Shown piece by piece: positions 37,901 to 51,045 of a DNA stretch of 64,000 nucleotides; positions within the stretch are counted from its first letter, which is position 1, and every line of letters begins with the position of its first letter. The notes beneath the pieces were generated by a model, which had not been told where the DNA came from, made no database searches, and saw only the letters and a list, made by a program, of their open reading frames with translations. Both the position numbers and the translations under genes were made by a program. This stretch comes from Hypanus sabinus (Eukaryota): assembly GCF_030144855.1 (NCBI RefSeq), contig NC_082707.1, positions 11,780,001-11,844,000 on the forward strand, in the 5' to 3' direction.

Positions 37901-40900
37901 ATTCAGCCCATTTGTCCAGCTGGTCCAAATCCCCTGCAAGCTTTGAAAACTTTCCTCCTTGTGCACTCCACCTCCACTCTTTGTATCATCAGCAAATTTG
38001 CTGATCCAATTTACCACATTACCATCCAGATCATCGATATAGATGACAAATAATAATGGACCCAGTACTGATTCATGTGTCGCACCACTAGTCACAGGAC
38101 TAGTGTAGTTGGATATTTTACTGGCTCTTTGTTTTGTTTGTCTGTTTGTTGAGCTCAGCTCTACTGTCACCTCTTTTGGCAGTCAGTCTGACTGCACTTT
38201 GTTTGTACGCTTCCTTTTGTAGCGCTTTCAGCTTTACCACAGCATTGATTTCGTGGCGGAGTTTTGGCTTTTGCTGTCGAACATTCTCACTCTGTCTGAC
38301 CATAATAATAGCTTTCTCTTGTGTGAGGTTAGTATGCGGCTGAAGTCTCTCTGAAAATATGATATCTTTTAGCCTATCGACAATCATGCCTTCAGTGACC
38401 TCATCTCTCAGATATCCATATATACAGTGGTCTGACAGCCGTTTACACTTTCACCTAGCTCATGTCTACTGGAGTTCTATTTTGCCTGGTCATATATTAC
38501 CTTTCGTTTTCCTTTGAAATATTATCTGAAACTATCCTGTATTTTTCTGTACTCCTAATATACCCAGGATATAAATCAGCTGTGTCCTCCCTGTTTTCTA
38601 TGGATATCAGTGTGTTTACTTGAGCCTCTTCTGAAGCCTGAATGAGATTGCTTAAAACCTAAATCTCTCAAAGAGTCTGAACTATCTCTCAATAGCCTTT
38701 GGTTTGCAGAAATTAACTATCTCAGTGGGCTTTATTGGCTATGTAGATATAGATATCGCACGTATTTGCTCCATTTCCTTCGTTTGTTTATTGCTTTATT
38801 TATTTGCAATATTAAAGTCTTTTTTTTTCCCGCAGAGACTTTGACTTCCGTCTCTGAATTCTCTTTTGTGTCCGTGTCTCTCTGCATTTCTGCAAGCTAG
38901 TGGTCCAGAGTGTATTACAATATATCCACTTTTAGCTGCAGTTCAAACGCGTTTCCTAGCAATTTCGCCTCTTTCTCAGGTCAGGCCTCATAGCTATCGA
39001 AGTCGCATAGGCAGTTTTGGTTGAGATGTTTCTGGATATTCTAAGCGAACAAGAACAGCCTTAACATAAATTCTTTCTTGTTGTGGATCTCATTTGGTCT
39101 GTATCATCAACGATAAATCACTTATGACACATTGTTACATTCATTCTGGATGCATAATGCAGAGCAAAGCAGCACGGCAGCCTGTACAATACTCAACTGT
39201 ACTTAATTTCTAACCTGATTGCACAGTACGTGAGCCCTTACCATGTGGGGACGACTAATGCAGTGACATTAGAATAACGCTATGAACTACTACGGCATAC
39301 ATACGCAGCTATTTTCCATATCAAGTGAATATTAAAAGAAGGCCATACCGTATTTTGTGTCGTGCTCCACATGATATCTCCGACATTTATTAATAGTTCG
39401 TGCCCTGGCTTTGCCGAGCCGTCATAATATCCGACGTTTACAATGTCAACGCCGCCCTTGAATTTGGCTTGTAAGTTCACGATTTCGTATCTTGGCACCG
39501 GGTCTCCATTTTCATCAAAATATACTGTGTCCCCAGTCTTCGCTGTGAAATTCACAGTGCGAAGGTAGTGCAGTAACTAGTGAGGGAACGGTAGGAAACG
39601 AAACATGTGAGGGTCTCCTTTAATCAGTGTGTGGATACCATCGACTTAAATACAGACAATCAAATTTGCTGTAAACGTAAATGATTCAAATGCATTGCAT
39701 GACAAGTACTACATAATGGAGGTACGTATATTTGATCTTGCCGGGGAGAGTGGATAGGTTTAAGGAATAATATAGTTGTCGTTGATACCCAGATGTGATC
39801 ACTGAATCTGAAGCTGTGTGTGGTGGATCTAAGGCACGGTTTTGACTCGTACTCCAGGACTGTACGTCATTGTGAAACCACAAGGATGCATTTATGTTCT
39901 CTGTACAGTTTGTTAGACGCTACCCTCTCAAAATTATCTAATAAAGTGACAAAGTCCACAGGTACCGACAATACGAACATCAGGAGAGTTCTGCGAGTGA
40001 CATTTCCAGCACTCATCCAACAGTCAATAAACTTTGTAAGCGATCTACGCCTGGACAGCACTGTTCTTAGGGAAGATTACATATCTGTACATTAAATGCT
40101 AAATTTCCCGCTGAACAATAGATTGGCGTGTAAAACATTGGAAACCGTGTTCTGAGAATAGGTTTCACCATAAAAAAGGCAATTCATTACTAAAATTTAG
40201 TGGCTAGTGGTTGAATGTTGGAAAATGAAAATGTAACGCAAGATATATTTCAAAATATATTCATATCTGATGGCCTTCTCAATGGTTTGCATGATTTGGA
40301 AAATGAATTACATGCCTACCTGCCACGGCTCGAAATTTGCAATATGTGCACATGTGTTATTCATGAACGGGCCGTCGCCTTCTACACAAGTTAACAGATT
40401 ATGGATTGCGTGAGCGATGGAGTAGACCGCTGTATACACGTGGTATGAACTCCCGTCCATTATTGCCGGAAGGTAGGCATTTTCTATCCCATCCATCTTC
40501 TCCTTCCCTGTGCATTTCCGAACTTGACTTGGAGAGTTCTCCGGGCTTCTCCCTCTGTCTCTGGTAAAAGAGCAGCTGAATAAAGTTTCCCAGAACTCCA
40601 TCACCAAATTATTGCCAGGGAAGTTGGAAGGATGGACGTTATGCAGATAATCTCTGAGATCATTAATCTCTATCCTTCTGGTTGCCAGTCCGATTGTTCC
40701 TGCGAGATAAATTACTCGCTCTTCAGGGAGGAGAAGATCTGCTGTCACCCATGCCTCACTTCCTATCCACTGTATACCAGTTACATTTTGACGCAAAATT
40801 TCATTCAATAAAATTCGCATATCACCAACGTTAGCAAAAGCCACTACCACTTTAGTGGACGCCTGTTTAATCACCTGGACAATTTTTCTGATTTTCTCTG

Positions 40901-43399
40901 GCGGGTCGGTCCTGTAAAATGACTCAGAGTAGGCAATGCATACCCCAATTTTTTCCACATGTTCCACAAATCCTTCCATTCCGAAATTACCGTAATCGGT
41001 GTTACTTCTAATAGTTCCAATCCAAGTCCATCCAAATTTCCTCACCAGTTCAGCGAGAATTTTAGATTGGTACTGGTCGCTAGGAATAGTTCGAAAAAAC
41101 GTAGGGTATTCAATTTTATCGCTGAGACAAGAGCAGGTGGAATAGTAGCTAACCTGTTGAAAGGGAGGCAAATAGATGTATATTACTGCAAGTAAAAGTT
41201 TATGAATCCTTTTATGATTGTACACAACTGCAATATTAAACAAAGCACAAGAAGAATATACAGTATGTTACTGGCATAATTTAGAACTTTGCTTAAACGA
41301 CTTAATTATCACTGTTTAGAATTCTGTTCGCTCAGTTATAGGAACAATGTAATGGCTTTGCAGGATTACTAGGTTGCCATCTGAATTAGAGAGCATGTGC
41401 TGCAATGGGAAATTGCACAAACCTGGTGAGTTTTCCCTGGAATGCCGAAGGATTTGTGAGATGTGACTGAAATATACAAGATTATGCGACAGAGAAAGAG
41501 AACATCGCCCGTGTTTTTTTTCTACCAGGCTTTAAATGTTTCATACACAGTTGTAGAGATTAAAGGAGAGAGACAACAAAGAACAAAGGAGATGAGCCGG
41601 GCCCTTTTCTCCCACACAGTGTTCGTTGCCTGAAATATGATACGTGTGGGTCGAGGCGTGTAAATTCGATAGAGGCACCTAATAAACTCTTAGATGGTAC
41701 ATGAAGGTGCCGAGAGCAGAGGGACATTGACGTTGTGTAGACAACCGGGTTTAGTTTAGTTCGCCATTTAATTAGTAGTTTAATTAATCCGGCACAACAG
41801 TTCGACCAGAGTGAATGCTCCTTATTTGTATACCACTTTTGTATGCGCTGTATATCACTTTTTGTCATATTTCAACTGCTGTAAAATCTGAAGATAAACA
41901 TGCATGTGTTTAAATTGTTTCTGTTAAGACGTCCTACTTCTGCATTGGATTGTATGCTTTTATTTGTGCTGATAGGGAAATAGTACAGTTATAGTACAAA
42001 TACAATTGAATAGCTCATACAGTTGAATAACTGTGACATTACCAGCGGAATCCTGAAGGAACCTATTGTCCTGGCGGTTACGATAGAATTTGTAGACACC
42101 TCGCATCCAATAATAGCAGCGACATTGGAGGGACCTCTACATTCAGTGTATTCAATTACTTCTCCTTCTCCATTGATCAAAGACAGCGCTGCTTGCGAGG
42201 CGATGGCGGAAGCTGAACAATCATCATGGATCTGATACCCGAGTGTGATCCCCGGGAGAAGATTCTCATCCTGGTTTATTTCTTCAATGGCAAAAATCAT
42301 CGTTTGCGCCAGTCGGAAGTTGGCAAACCAAAAACTGTCGGATTAATGTAAAATGAGGATATAAAGAGTTTAGGTTCAAGGTGTCTGTACAACAAGGACA
42401 CAGATTTCTTTGGTCACCATGTAATAGTCAGTTTATCGACAGAGAATTACCAAAAATTCCACGAGGTGTGTTATGTTCTATTAACGCCGACTAGAGACAT
42501 TAGTTACAGAAAATATCGCAATCAAAGTGTTGGTCGGCGGCAACAAGGGATAGAAACACATGAAATGCCACAGTTGCTGGAAACCCTGAGGAACACACAT
42601 CAAATGCAGGAGAAAATCATCAGATCAGCCAGCATCTCTGCACAAAAATACATCGTCGACGTTTCATGGCTCTTCAGCAAGACTCATAATGATAAATGCA
42701 CTTGGTATCTTCAAGTTATGTCCTATTGCAAGTGACTACAGAATTCCAAATGCGGCACTGCGGTACATAATTTACCACTATCTCCTGCGAATGATTACCG
42801 GAAGTTGAAACACATTTTTAACGTGTTTTTCTAGGATCTCCCAGATGGGGAGAAATAGCATGACTACCATACCGCTCAAGTCGCATTCTTTGTGCCATCA
42901 TGTCTCATAATCGCAAAGAGGAAAACAAAGTGTTGAATAACAAACATATGCGTTTAAAGGCACATTGAACATTGAACATTTGTGAACATTGAACTACCTA
43001 TTTCACGTTGATTCACAAAATTTAAAATGAATATTCCACCATTCTGAAAGAGTAGCATTAAAACACAATGATAATATTATGTACTACTTTTCAGATGGCA
43101 ATTAGCTCCCGAATTGAAAGATCTAATAACTGTATAAAAACAATTTATACCAGGTTCACCGGAAAGGAATTGCCTTTCTAAATGTGGTTAACTCACCTTT
43201 TGCATACGGTGTTTTTTGGGGAAAATGTAAATGAATGGAAGTCGTGAATCTGATCCAAATGCATTTGGAATATTCCGCCAAGGATGATATCTCCATCCTT
43301 TGATAGATCAGACAAATTGAATTTTGCTCGACGTCTGCAAAGGACTCCATGTGTTTCTGGTGATGCGGTGAGCAGCAGCAAAAGCAAAAAAGGAGACAT
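25025..43399 (-). CDS. V2R/OlfC gene B, complete 6-exon class C GPCR (862 aa)
   Basis: Exons 43399-43197, 42334-42043, 41153-40320, 39576-39349, 26136-26013 and 25932-25025. All introns are GT-AG and phases are consistent; total 2589 nt = 862 codons plus TAA. Signal peptide, Venus flytrap, cysteine-rich domain and 7TM are all present. Confidence 0.93.
26013..26136 (-). CDS. Gene B exon 5 (cysteine-rich domain)
   Basis: 124-nt exon, ttcag|ATC...ACAG|gtaag, encoding [41 protein letters not shown]. Not shown in this frame in the ORF track. Confidence 0.93.
26640..28420 (+). mobile_element. CR1 5' region (ORF1 esterase-like and endonuclease), degenerate
   Basis: [14 protein letters not shown]...MLCCLCGA (CR1 ORF1 SGNH-like) and DFNF...ILDLVLGNE...SSGHN (endonuclease). 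Confidence 0.75.
27264..27565 (+). mobile_element. tRNA-derived SINE (tRNA-Thr-like head, CORE-like central domain)
   Basis: Pol III A box TGGCCTAGTGG (27273-27283) and B box GGTTCGAGCC (27317-27326); anticodon loop CTAGTAA; then 'tccttgagcaaggcacttaac'. It interrupts the CR1 ORF1 fragment. Confidence 0.8.
29478..31082 (+). mobile_element. Young CR1 LINE, 5'-truncated with internal deletions
   Basis: FGSVFTKED and [13 protein letters not shown]...[10 protein letters not shown]; tail (tttctatg)n. Same subfamily as 55677-57032. Confidence 0.92.
31084..34460 (-). mobile_element. Near full-length CR1 LINE (partial ORF1 esterase, endonuclease, RT)
   Basis: ORF1 VHVGTNDI...DGLHLN (SGNH esterase); endonuclease YFNARS...ISETWL and GDFN...GSSDHN; 401-aa RT ORF with VPQGSVLGP and YADD. 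It has a deletion near 33620 and a frame break near 32550. Confidence 0.95.
34660..35720 (+). mobile_element. Old CR1 RT/3' fragment
   Basis: RVVVDG...[13 protein letters not shown]; tttggagtattgtgtg; [13 protein letters not shown]. Confidence 0.8.
35720..37080 (-). mobile_element. Rex1/Babar-type LINE 3' part (RT)
   Basis: [25 protein letters not shown]...[20 protein letters not shown]...HPS...LPSGKRYRS; tail (gtcaa)n near 35720-35735. Confidence 0.88.
37085..38100 (-). mobile_element. CR1 RT/3' fragments
   Basis: [16 protein letters not shown]...KFADDTK; [15 protein letters not shown]. Confidence 0.88.
38100..38760 (-). mobile_element. Gypsy-type gag-like fragment (degenerate)
   Basis: [27 protein letters not shown] resembles the conserved gag segment (RDRIVVG..D..LSERLQ....LTLEKAI) of vertebrate Gypsy elements. 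Confidence 0.55.
39349..39576 (-). CDS. Gene B exon 4
   Basis: 228 nt, ctag|TTA...ACG|gtatg; [36 protein letters not shown]...VGYYD...IMW. Confidence 0.95.
40320..41153 (-). CDS. Gene B exon 3
   Basis: 834-nt open exon, acag|GTT...CAG|gtagg; [25 protein letters not shown]...DYG...WIGSEAW...EPWQ. Confidence 0.96.
42043..42334 (-). CDS. Gene B exon 2
   Basis: 292 nt; [39 protein letters not shown]...[12 protein letters not shown]...FRIPL|gtaat. Confidence 0.95.
43197..43399 (-). CDS. Gene B exon 1 (signal peptide)
   Basis: 203 nt; [13 protein letters not shown]...[14 protein letters not shown]...TVCK|gtgagt. Confidence 0.95.
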
Positions 43400-43443
43400 T
43401 GAACAGTTGCACGGATCTGTTACAATTAAATGCAGAACATGAA

Positions 43444-43740
43444 TTTATATTGTCTCAGTGAAGACTCGAAGATGTCTCAACTGGCTTTACAACTGCTACA
43501 ACTGTGATATGTTTTCTCTCTATTGATGGCAGTTTACACGAGGGACTCATGTATTGTTATGAGTACATCTGGCTAAGACCTGGGGAATTTTCCATATTAT
43601 TAATAACTACATCAAATAACATGAGGGGAATCGGCAGTCCCCGCGGAGTAAATACTTTCGAAATAAATTAGAAGGAATCTCCAGTGTATGAAGGTTTCCT
43701 GCTGAAAATAATTCACACCTGATATGCAATTCAATGGTTA
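43444..43740 (-). promoter_or_regulatory. Proximal promoter of gene B
   Basis: TATAAA at 43449-43444; CATCTG at 43566-43571; CCTGGGGAATT at 43579-43589; CACCTGATATGCAATT at about 43716-43731. Confidence 0.6.
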
Positions 43741-44559
43741 CTCACCTGGTCGCACCATGAACATTTGGAATAAATTTAAATTAAATCAAAGCTACTGAAA
43801 ATAAGTTAGGATGCAAATTTCATCAACTAGGAGACTGAAGTTGAACTTAAAACATGTTTGTAAAAGTATGTCTGTGTCCCGAAAAAGGCAACAGAGTCCA
43901 TGCAACAATCAATCACGTTTAAGCATATTTGACCTCTTACATCCGTAACTGAACTTTGGTGTCCTGTATTCACCGTAGCAAACATTTGGGAAGAGTTGGT
44001 AATATCAGAGAAAATTAAGCTGTGGAGGCACTACAGTTGGAGGCTGCCACTGAGCACAAGTGTTGTTCTGGACATAGCAATACATCTGCCACAATCACTC
44101 AAAACACCGAAGTCACCCAGAGCTACATCCTCTGTCCTTTACTATACTCGTAGAGTTATAGATCACTACGGCACCAAAGTAGGTCTTTCCGTCCATCTGG
44201 TTCGATTAAGCGACTAATCTCTCCACTTCCACCGGCCTTCATTGGGAAACAAAACCTACATACCCCGCCTTCCAGGTAGCTAAATTTATATTGACATCGA
44301 GACATGGAACACTGCAGAGCTGAGACAGCTCCTTCGGCCATTATAGCCTGTGCCAAACCATAAATATGCAGTCCCATCTCTATTCGATAAAGCAAGATAA
44401 TAACCCGATCCTTTATTTAATAAATGTATTTATTAAGTACAATATGCCAAACACACAGTCTCTTAAAATATAACCAGTCTCTCAGAAGGCCTTAGCATAG
44501 TTTTCGAACTACCGATTGCATGCTCACCAACTTCTAAGGCCCTGGCTAATTTTGAGACA

Positions 44560-47500
44560 CTTTATTAAACAACGGATCATTATCTGTTCTCTAATTCTCT
44601 GGTATCTTACTCATGGCTAAGAATGATTGAAATAATTCTGCAGGCACACCCCACACCAGCCTTCCACAGAGTTCGAGGGAACAGTATGTCACGTCTTAGA
44701 AATTTATCCGACTAGTTTGACCCCAGAGAGCAAACAATACCTCTATACCGGTTATGCCGATAAAAGATGAAGAAATACTCGAACGGTAAAATGGTACATC
44801 CATGGCAGACAAGGGGAATCAAAGCTATTGTGCAAGCAAAAGAAAAGACATACAACAAAGCAAAAGTTAGCGGGAAGATAGAGGATTGGGAAGTTTTTAA
44901 AAAACCTACTGAGAGGAACTAAATATCATTTGAAGGGAAAAGATGAAAAATGAAAGCAAACTAGTGAATAATATTAGAGCGAATAGTCGAAGTTTTTCAA
45001 GTAGAGTATTTTTTAAAAAATAAGAGAAACATGACTGTGGATATAGGGCCACTAGAAAATGAGGTATAAGAAATGACAATGAGGGTCAAGGAGATGGCAG
45101 ATGAAGTAAATTATTATATTGCATCAGTCTTCACTGTAGAAGACATTAGCAACATGCTTGATGTTGCATTGTGTGAAAGAAGTGAAGAGGGTGCAGCCAC
45201 TAATACAAGAGGGAAGGTGCTCAAAAAGTTGAAAGACATAATGGTACCTAAGTCCCTTGGACCAGAAGAACTGCACTCTAGGTTTCTGAAAAAAAAAATG
45301 GCGTTAGGGATTTCGGTGGTATTAGAAACGATCTTTCGATAAAAAAAGTCATTGGACCCTGACATGGTGCCAGAGGACTGGAAAATTGCAAATGTCAACT
45401 CTACTCTTTAAGAAATTAGAAAGGCAGCAGACAGAAAATTATAGACCTTTCAGCCTGACTTCAGTGGTTGGAAAGATGTTAGGGTCAATTTTTAAGGATG
45501 AGGTGACAGAGCACTTGCTACCAGACAGGATAGTGCAAAGTATGCATGGTTAAAACAAGGAAAATACTGTCTGAACAACCTATTTGAATTCTTTGAGGAG
45601 ATTACTAGTAAGATAGATCAAGGGGGTGAAGCGAATGCTGTATATTTGGACTATCCGTAGGCCTTTGACAAGGTACTATACATTAGGCTGCTTATCAAGT
45701 TAAGAGCCAATAGGATTACAGGAAAGTTGCTAACAAGGTTAGAACATTGGCTGATTGGTAGGAAGCAGCGAGTGGAAATAAAATATTAATTTTCTGATTG
45801 GCTGCCAGTGACTAGTTGTGTTCCGCAGGGATGGGTGTTGGGACCGCTTCTTTTTATGCTGTCCATCAAAGACTTACCTGACGGAACAGATGGCTCTGTT
45901 ACACTGTTTGCAGATGATACTAAGATCGGTGGAGGGTAAGGTAGTATTGAGGAAACAGGCAGGATGCAGAACGACTTAGACAGATTAGGACAATGGTAAG
46001 AAAGTAGCAAATGAAATACGAAATGCATGGCAATGCTCTTTTCTAGTGGAAATAATTCAGTGTTTCCCATGGTAGGCAAGTCTACAATAAAAGGAAACTT
46101 TTATCAGTATAGAGGGGCGCTCTTTCAAAACAGAAATGCAGAAAAATTTATTTAACCAAAGGATGGTGAAGTTGTGGAATTTGTTGCCACGTGCAGCTAT
46201 TGAGACCAGGTCGTTGGGTGTAATTAAGGCAGAGATTGTTAAGTGCTTGCTTTGACATGGCAGAAAAAGTAACGCGAAGAAGCACGGGTACTGGAGTTGA
46301 AGAGTAGAAAAGAAACCGTATCAGCCATGGCGTTATGCTCCTTCTATGTCATATGGTCCTATCCCCTCCCTGGTGATTTGTCTCACTACTATAGACTTTG
46401 TGTCCGTTTCCTAAAAGAATTCAATTCAAGGACTGCCCCGCCTCTTTCAGCCTCAAGCATAGAGGGCATTTCTGATATTCCGGGGGCCTTTCTTTTGCTT
46501 TGCTATTTCTTTGCTCTTAATGTTTCTGTAGAAATGCTTATGCTTCTTCTTCACATTGTCTACTAGTGTAATCCTATGCCTTCGTGCAGCTACCTTGAAG
46601 GTGGATAAAGGTTTCAGTAATCTTTCCAGCAATAGCATGGACTCACAGCTTGTTAAGCAGCCTCATTTGTGGCACCTTGTCAAAGGCCTTCTGAAAATCG
46701 AAGTACGCAGAATAAAACGATTCTCCTTTGCGTACTGTGCTTGTAGGTGCTTCTCAATATTCCAACAGATATGTCGATAAAGTATTTCGCCTTGAGGAAA
46801 TCGTGTTGACTTTTGCCTATTGCGTCACTTGTCTATAAGTACCCTCGGACCTCATCTACAGTATGATAATCGACTGCTTCTTTTACCTAACCACCAATGT
46901 CAGAGTAACAGAACTATGGATTCTCTTTTTCTTCCCTTTCCTTTCTTGAAGAGTGGCGGGACATTTGCAATTTTCCAGTCACCGGGAATCATTCAGGAAT
47001 TCAGTGATTTTTGAAAGGGCATTGCCAATGCCTCCACAATCTGTTGAGCCACGTCTGGAGTGTACAACATCTAGACAAGTCGACGTATCTACCATCAGAT
47101 CTTTCAGTCTCTTTAGTAATGGTATCTTCATAGAGCATGACTCCTGGAACGTCCACCATATTTGCTAGTATCCAACAGTTTGATATCCGATGCAAAACAC
47201 TTATTCAGTTCGTCCGCTATTTCGTTGTCCCCTATTAGTACCTCGCTAACATTGGTGTCCAACAGTCCGAATTCTACTCTTTGCTGTACGTTATGTATCG
47301 GATAAAATTTTTGGTATCCTCTTTATTATTATGGGAAGGCTTACTTTCGTCTTGCATCTTTAGCTTCTAAAAAACCTTCTGTTAGTTTTCAATTCTTCCT
47401 AAACCTCTATCTTGTGTATATTTTGGCCAGCTCCTCTCTCATGCCTCTGTAATTTCCCTTACTCCACTGTCATCCTGATGTTTAATATCAGATGTAATGT

Positions 47501-49190
47501 CACCTGACTTTAGCTTTTCCTTCTTAGATTTGAGGGTAGATTTGATCATACTATGATCATTTTCCCAAAAGGATTATTCTACCTTAAGCTGGCTTATCAA
47601 TTCTGGTTCATAGCAGAACACTGATTCAGAATACAGATTCTCTAGTGAGATCAATCACGACCTTCTCTAAAAATGCTATCTCATAAGCCGTGGCAATTGC
47701 ATAGATTTATATATGCAGTGATTCAACGCTTTCCTACACTATGTCACCTCTTTCTAGTGATTTGATTTCATGTTTACTCATAGAGCAACGCCGCACCCTC
47801 TGCCGGCCTGCCTATATTTTCGATACAATGTGATTCCTCGGACGTTATGCTCATAGCTCTGAACCTTCAGCCATGATTCACTGATAACGGCAACCTAATA
47901 CCTACCAACCTGCAACTGTACAGGAAGTTCATCTACTTTGTTCTGTATACTGCGCAAATTGAGATTCAGATCCTCCAGTCCTGTAATAACACTTCTCATT
48001 TTGGTCGGACCATGATCAACCTTTTGATTCCTAACTTTGTCTGGCGTCTCACCAACAATAGAAGGCAACTGAAAAAAACCCATAATGGCGAAAGATGAAA
48101 TATGACGGTTAGCAGCCAATAATATCATAAAAAATACCAAAATGTCTTTCTTTCATTTATAAAAGAGGATATAGATGCGATTGTAACTATTGGGCCCCGG
48201 GAAAATGACCCTGGAGAGATGGTAACAGATGAAGAAAATGTTGGACAGACTGAATAGATATTTTGCATCAGTCTCCAGTGTGGAATACACTAGTAGTATG
48301 GCGGAAGTTCGAGGGAGCTAGGAAGCAACAGTGCTTGCAGGTGCTAAAGCCAATGAGACGGTGCTTTCGAAACTGAAAGCTCTAAATGTAGCTAAGTCAC
48401 ATAAGGTTTCTAGGCGTGGAAGCTGAAGTGTTCATGGAGGTATTAGTAACGAATATTCAAGAAAACTCTGGCATGGTCCTGAAGGACTGTTAAATTGGAA
48501 AAGTCACCCAACTCTTTTAAGAAGGGAGGGTGGGTGAAGAAAGGAAAACACATGATAGTTACCTTGACCTCAATGGATGAGAGAATGTTGGATTCGGTTG
48601 GAAGAATTTTGTTTTAGGGTACTTGAAAGCACACAGAAACTAATCAAAGTCAGCATGGATTCCCTGAAGACAAATCTTGTCTAAAAAACCTGTTGGAATT
48701 CATTGAAAAAATAACAAGCAGGATAGAAAAGAATGGTGGCTGTTGTGTGCCAAGAATTTGACAAGGTCGTTGACAAAGCGCCACACATGAGGGTGCTAAA
48801 CAAAATGACAGCCTACGGTACTACAGGAATGAATAGAGTATTGGCTGACTGGCATGGTAAAAGACACTGACCAGGAATGAAAAGATTATTTTCGGATTGA
48901 CTGGCAGTGAGTAATGGTGTCCCACTGGAGTGATCTTGCAAACAGTTCTTTCTACGTTGTATGCTAATGATTTCGCTGATCCCATTTTTGGCATTATGGC
49001 CAGATATGCAGATGATGAGAAAATAGTGCATGGGCAGGTCCTATTCGCTAAGTAAAACTGCTACTGATTGACTTAGGCAGACTAGAAGAAAGTGCAAAGT
49101 GGTGGCAAATTGAATTCAGTGATGGTAAGTGTATGACCATGCTCTTTGTTGAAGGAATAAATCTTGTCGGGGAGAAAAAAACGGGGAGAA
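44560..49190. mobile_element. Cluster of old CR1 fragments in both orientations
   Basis: Plus-strand pieces at about 44770-46360 (IASVFTVED, tttgcagatgatac) and 48040-49190; minus-strand pieces at about 44560-44750 and 46600-47990. Confidence 0.75.
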
Positions 49191-50859
49191 TTAATGTTTG
49201 ATTGCCATCAATGGAATGCTTTGTTATAATATAGTCGTCACATGAAAATACTATGGTATAATGAGCAAACTAAAATCATATCTGTCGTTGATGTCGATTT
49301 AGCGCTTTTTTTTGCAAAGGGACGTATAGACTTACCTGCCAAGGCTTGGAATTTGCAATATGCACGCTTGTGTTATTCATAAAGGGTCCGTCTCCGTCGA
49401 CATAGATGAACATGTCGTGCAGTGCGTGAGCAATGGAACAGACCGCTTTATACACGTGGAATGAACTCCCGTACATTTTCATTGAAAGGTAGCTACATTC
49501 TGTCCATACCACCTGCTCTTTAGGAGCGCATTGCCACCTTTGTGCTGAAAGAGCAGGTGAATATTTTTTTCGAAAGCTCCGTAACTAAATTACTGACAGG
49601 AAAGTTTGAAGGATGGCCATTATGAAGGTACGCTCTGAAATAATCTTCCTCTGTCCTTCTGTTGGCTGGACCAATAGTCCCGGTGAGATAAAGCGCTCTT
49701 TGTTCAGGCGGGAGAATTTTTTTTTGTTTCCCAGGGCTCACTTTCGATCCATTGTTTACCGGTTACATTTTGTCGCCAAATTTCATTCAATAAAATTCGC
49801 CTTTCACCAGCTTGAACAAAGGCCACTACCACTTTAGTACACGCCTGTTCAATCACCTGAGCAACTTCATTGATCTTCTCTGGCGGTTCGATCCCGTAAA
49901 ATGACACAGAGTAGAGAATGCAATCCCCAATCTTTTCCACATGTTCCACGAATTCTTGCATTTCGACATTACCATAATTGGTATTACCTTTAATGGATTC
50001 TGATCCAATTCCAGCCACAGATTCTCACCAATTCAGTGAGGAGTTTGGATTGGTACCGTTGGCCGGGGATAATTCTAAAAAGTGGGGTGTACTCTCTTTT
50101 CGCTGTGGCAGAAGCAGATGCAGTAGTAACTAACCTATCGAGATGGAAATAAATAGATGAATACCAGGGTCCGTTTTCCAAATGTAAGTGACTGATAATC
50201 TTTCTGCATGTCGTTGTAGTTTTTAAATGTTCGTACATAAACATTATTCTAAATATACAACATGAAGGGCATGCTAAATAATAGCCACAATTACTGACAT
50301 AATTTACAAAGTTAGATACTTACTGATTTTTATGGTAATAAAATACTGCTTGGACACTTCAGGACTATTGTATTCAGTTCTGCTCGCTGTATTACAGGAA
50401 TGATGTTTAGGCTTTGGAAAACCTGCATAGGATGTTTATCCAGATTTCTGATTGTGTTATGAAGTATAGGGTATCAGGAGAGTTTGGCCAAATGTAGCTT
50501 TTTTTCCCATGGTGTGGCGATATCTGTGGATCGATCTGACAGACGTTTGTGAGAGGCTTTAGCAAAGAGCCAAGTAGCTAAGCCATAAGTGACGGTAACG
50601 AGCTGGACTTTGTTAATTGAGGCTATTTGAGACGCACACCACTGAGAGCATATATTCAGTAGCATGAGCTTATCCCTCCACTTCCAAAGTTATGGTAACC
50701 TTAAGGTATCTACCGTGGACATTAAGAATAGAACATGTAATATCTGTTTGATTTCAGTTACTATAAAATCTCAATATATTAGCAAACTTCTTTATTGTTT
50801 TCGTGTTCTAAATTAAGAGACATTTCTACTTCAACTCATTCCAGCCATGAGCATCATAT

Positions 50860-51045
50860 CAACATACACAAAATTCTGGAGGAACTCAACAGGCCAGGAG
50901 GCATCTAGGAAAAGAGTTCAGTCGAAGTTTCTGGGCTTCCTCCGGTATGTCCACCATAATACGCTCGTAGATGATGCCTGACCTGCTGATATCCTCCAGT
51001 ATTATGTGTGTGTTGCTCGGATTTCCAGCCTCTGCAGATTTTTTT
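50860..51045. mobile_element. Short palindromic Penelope-type element
   Basis: 'caacatacacaaaattctggaggaactcaacaggccagg' is inverted against 'cctgacctgctgatatcctccagtattatgtgtgtgttg'. Confidence 0.65.
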
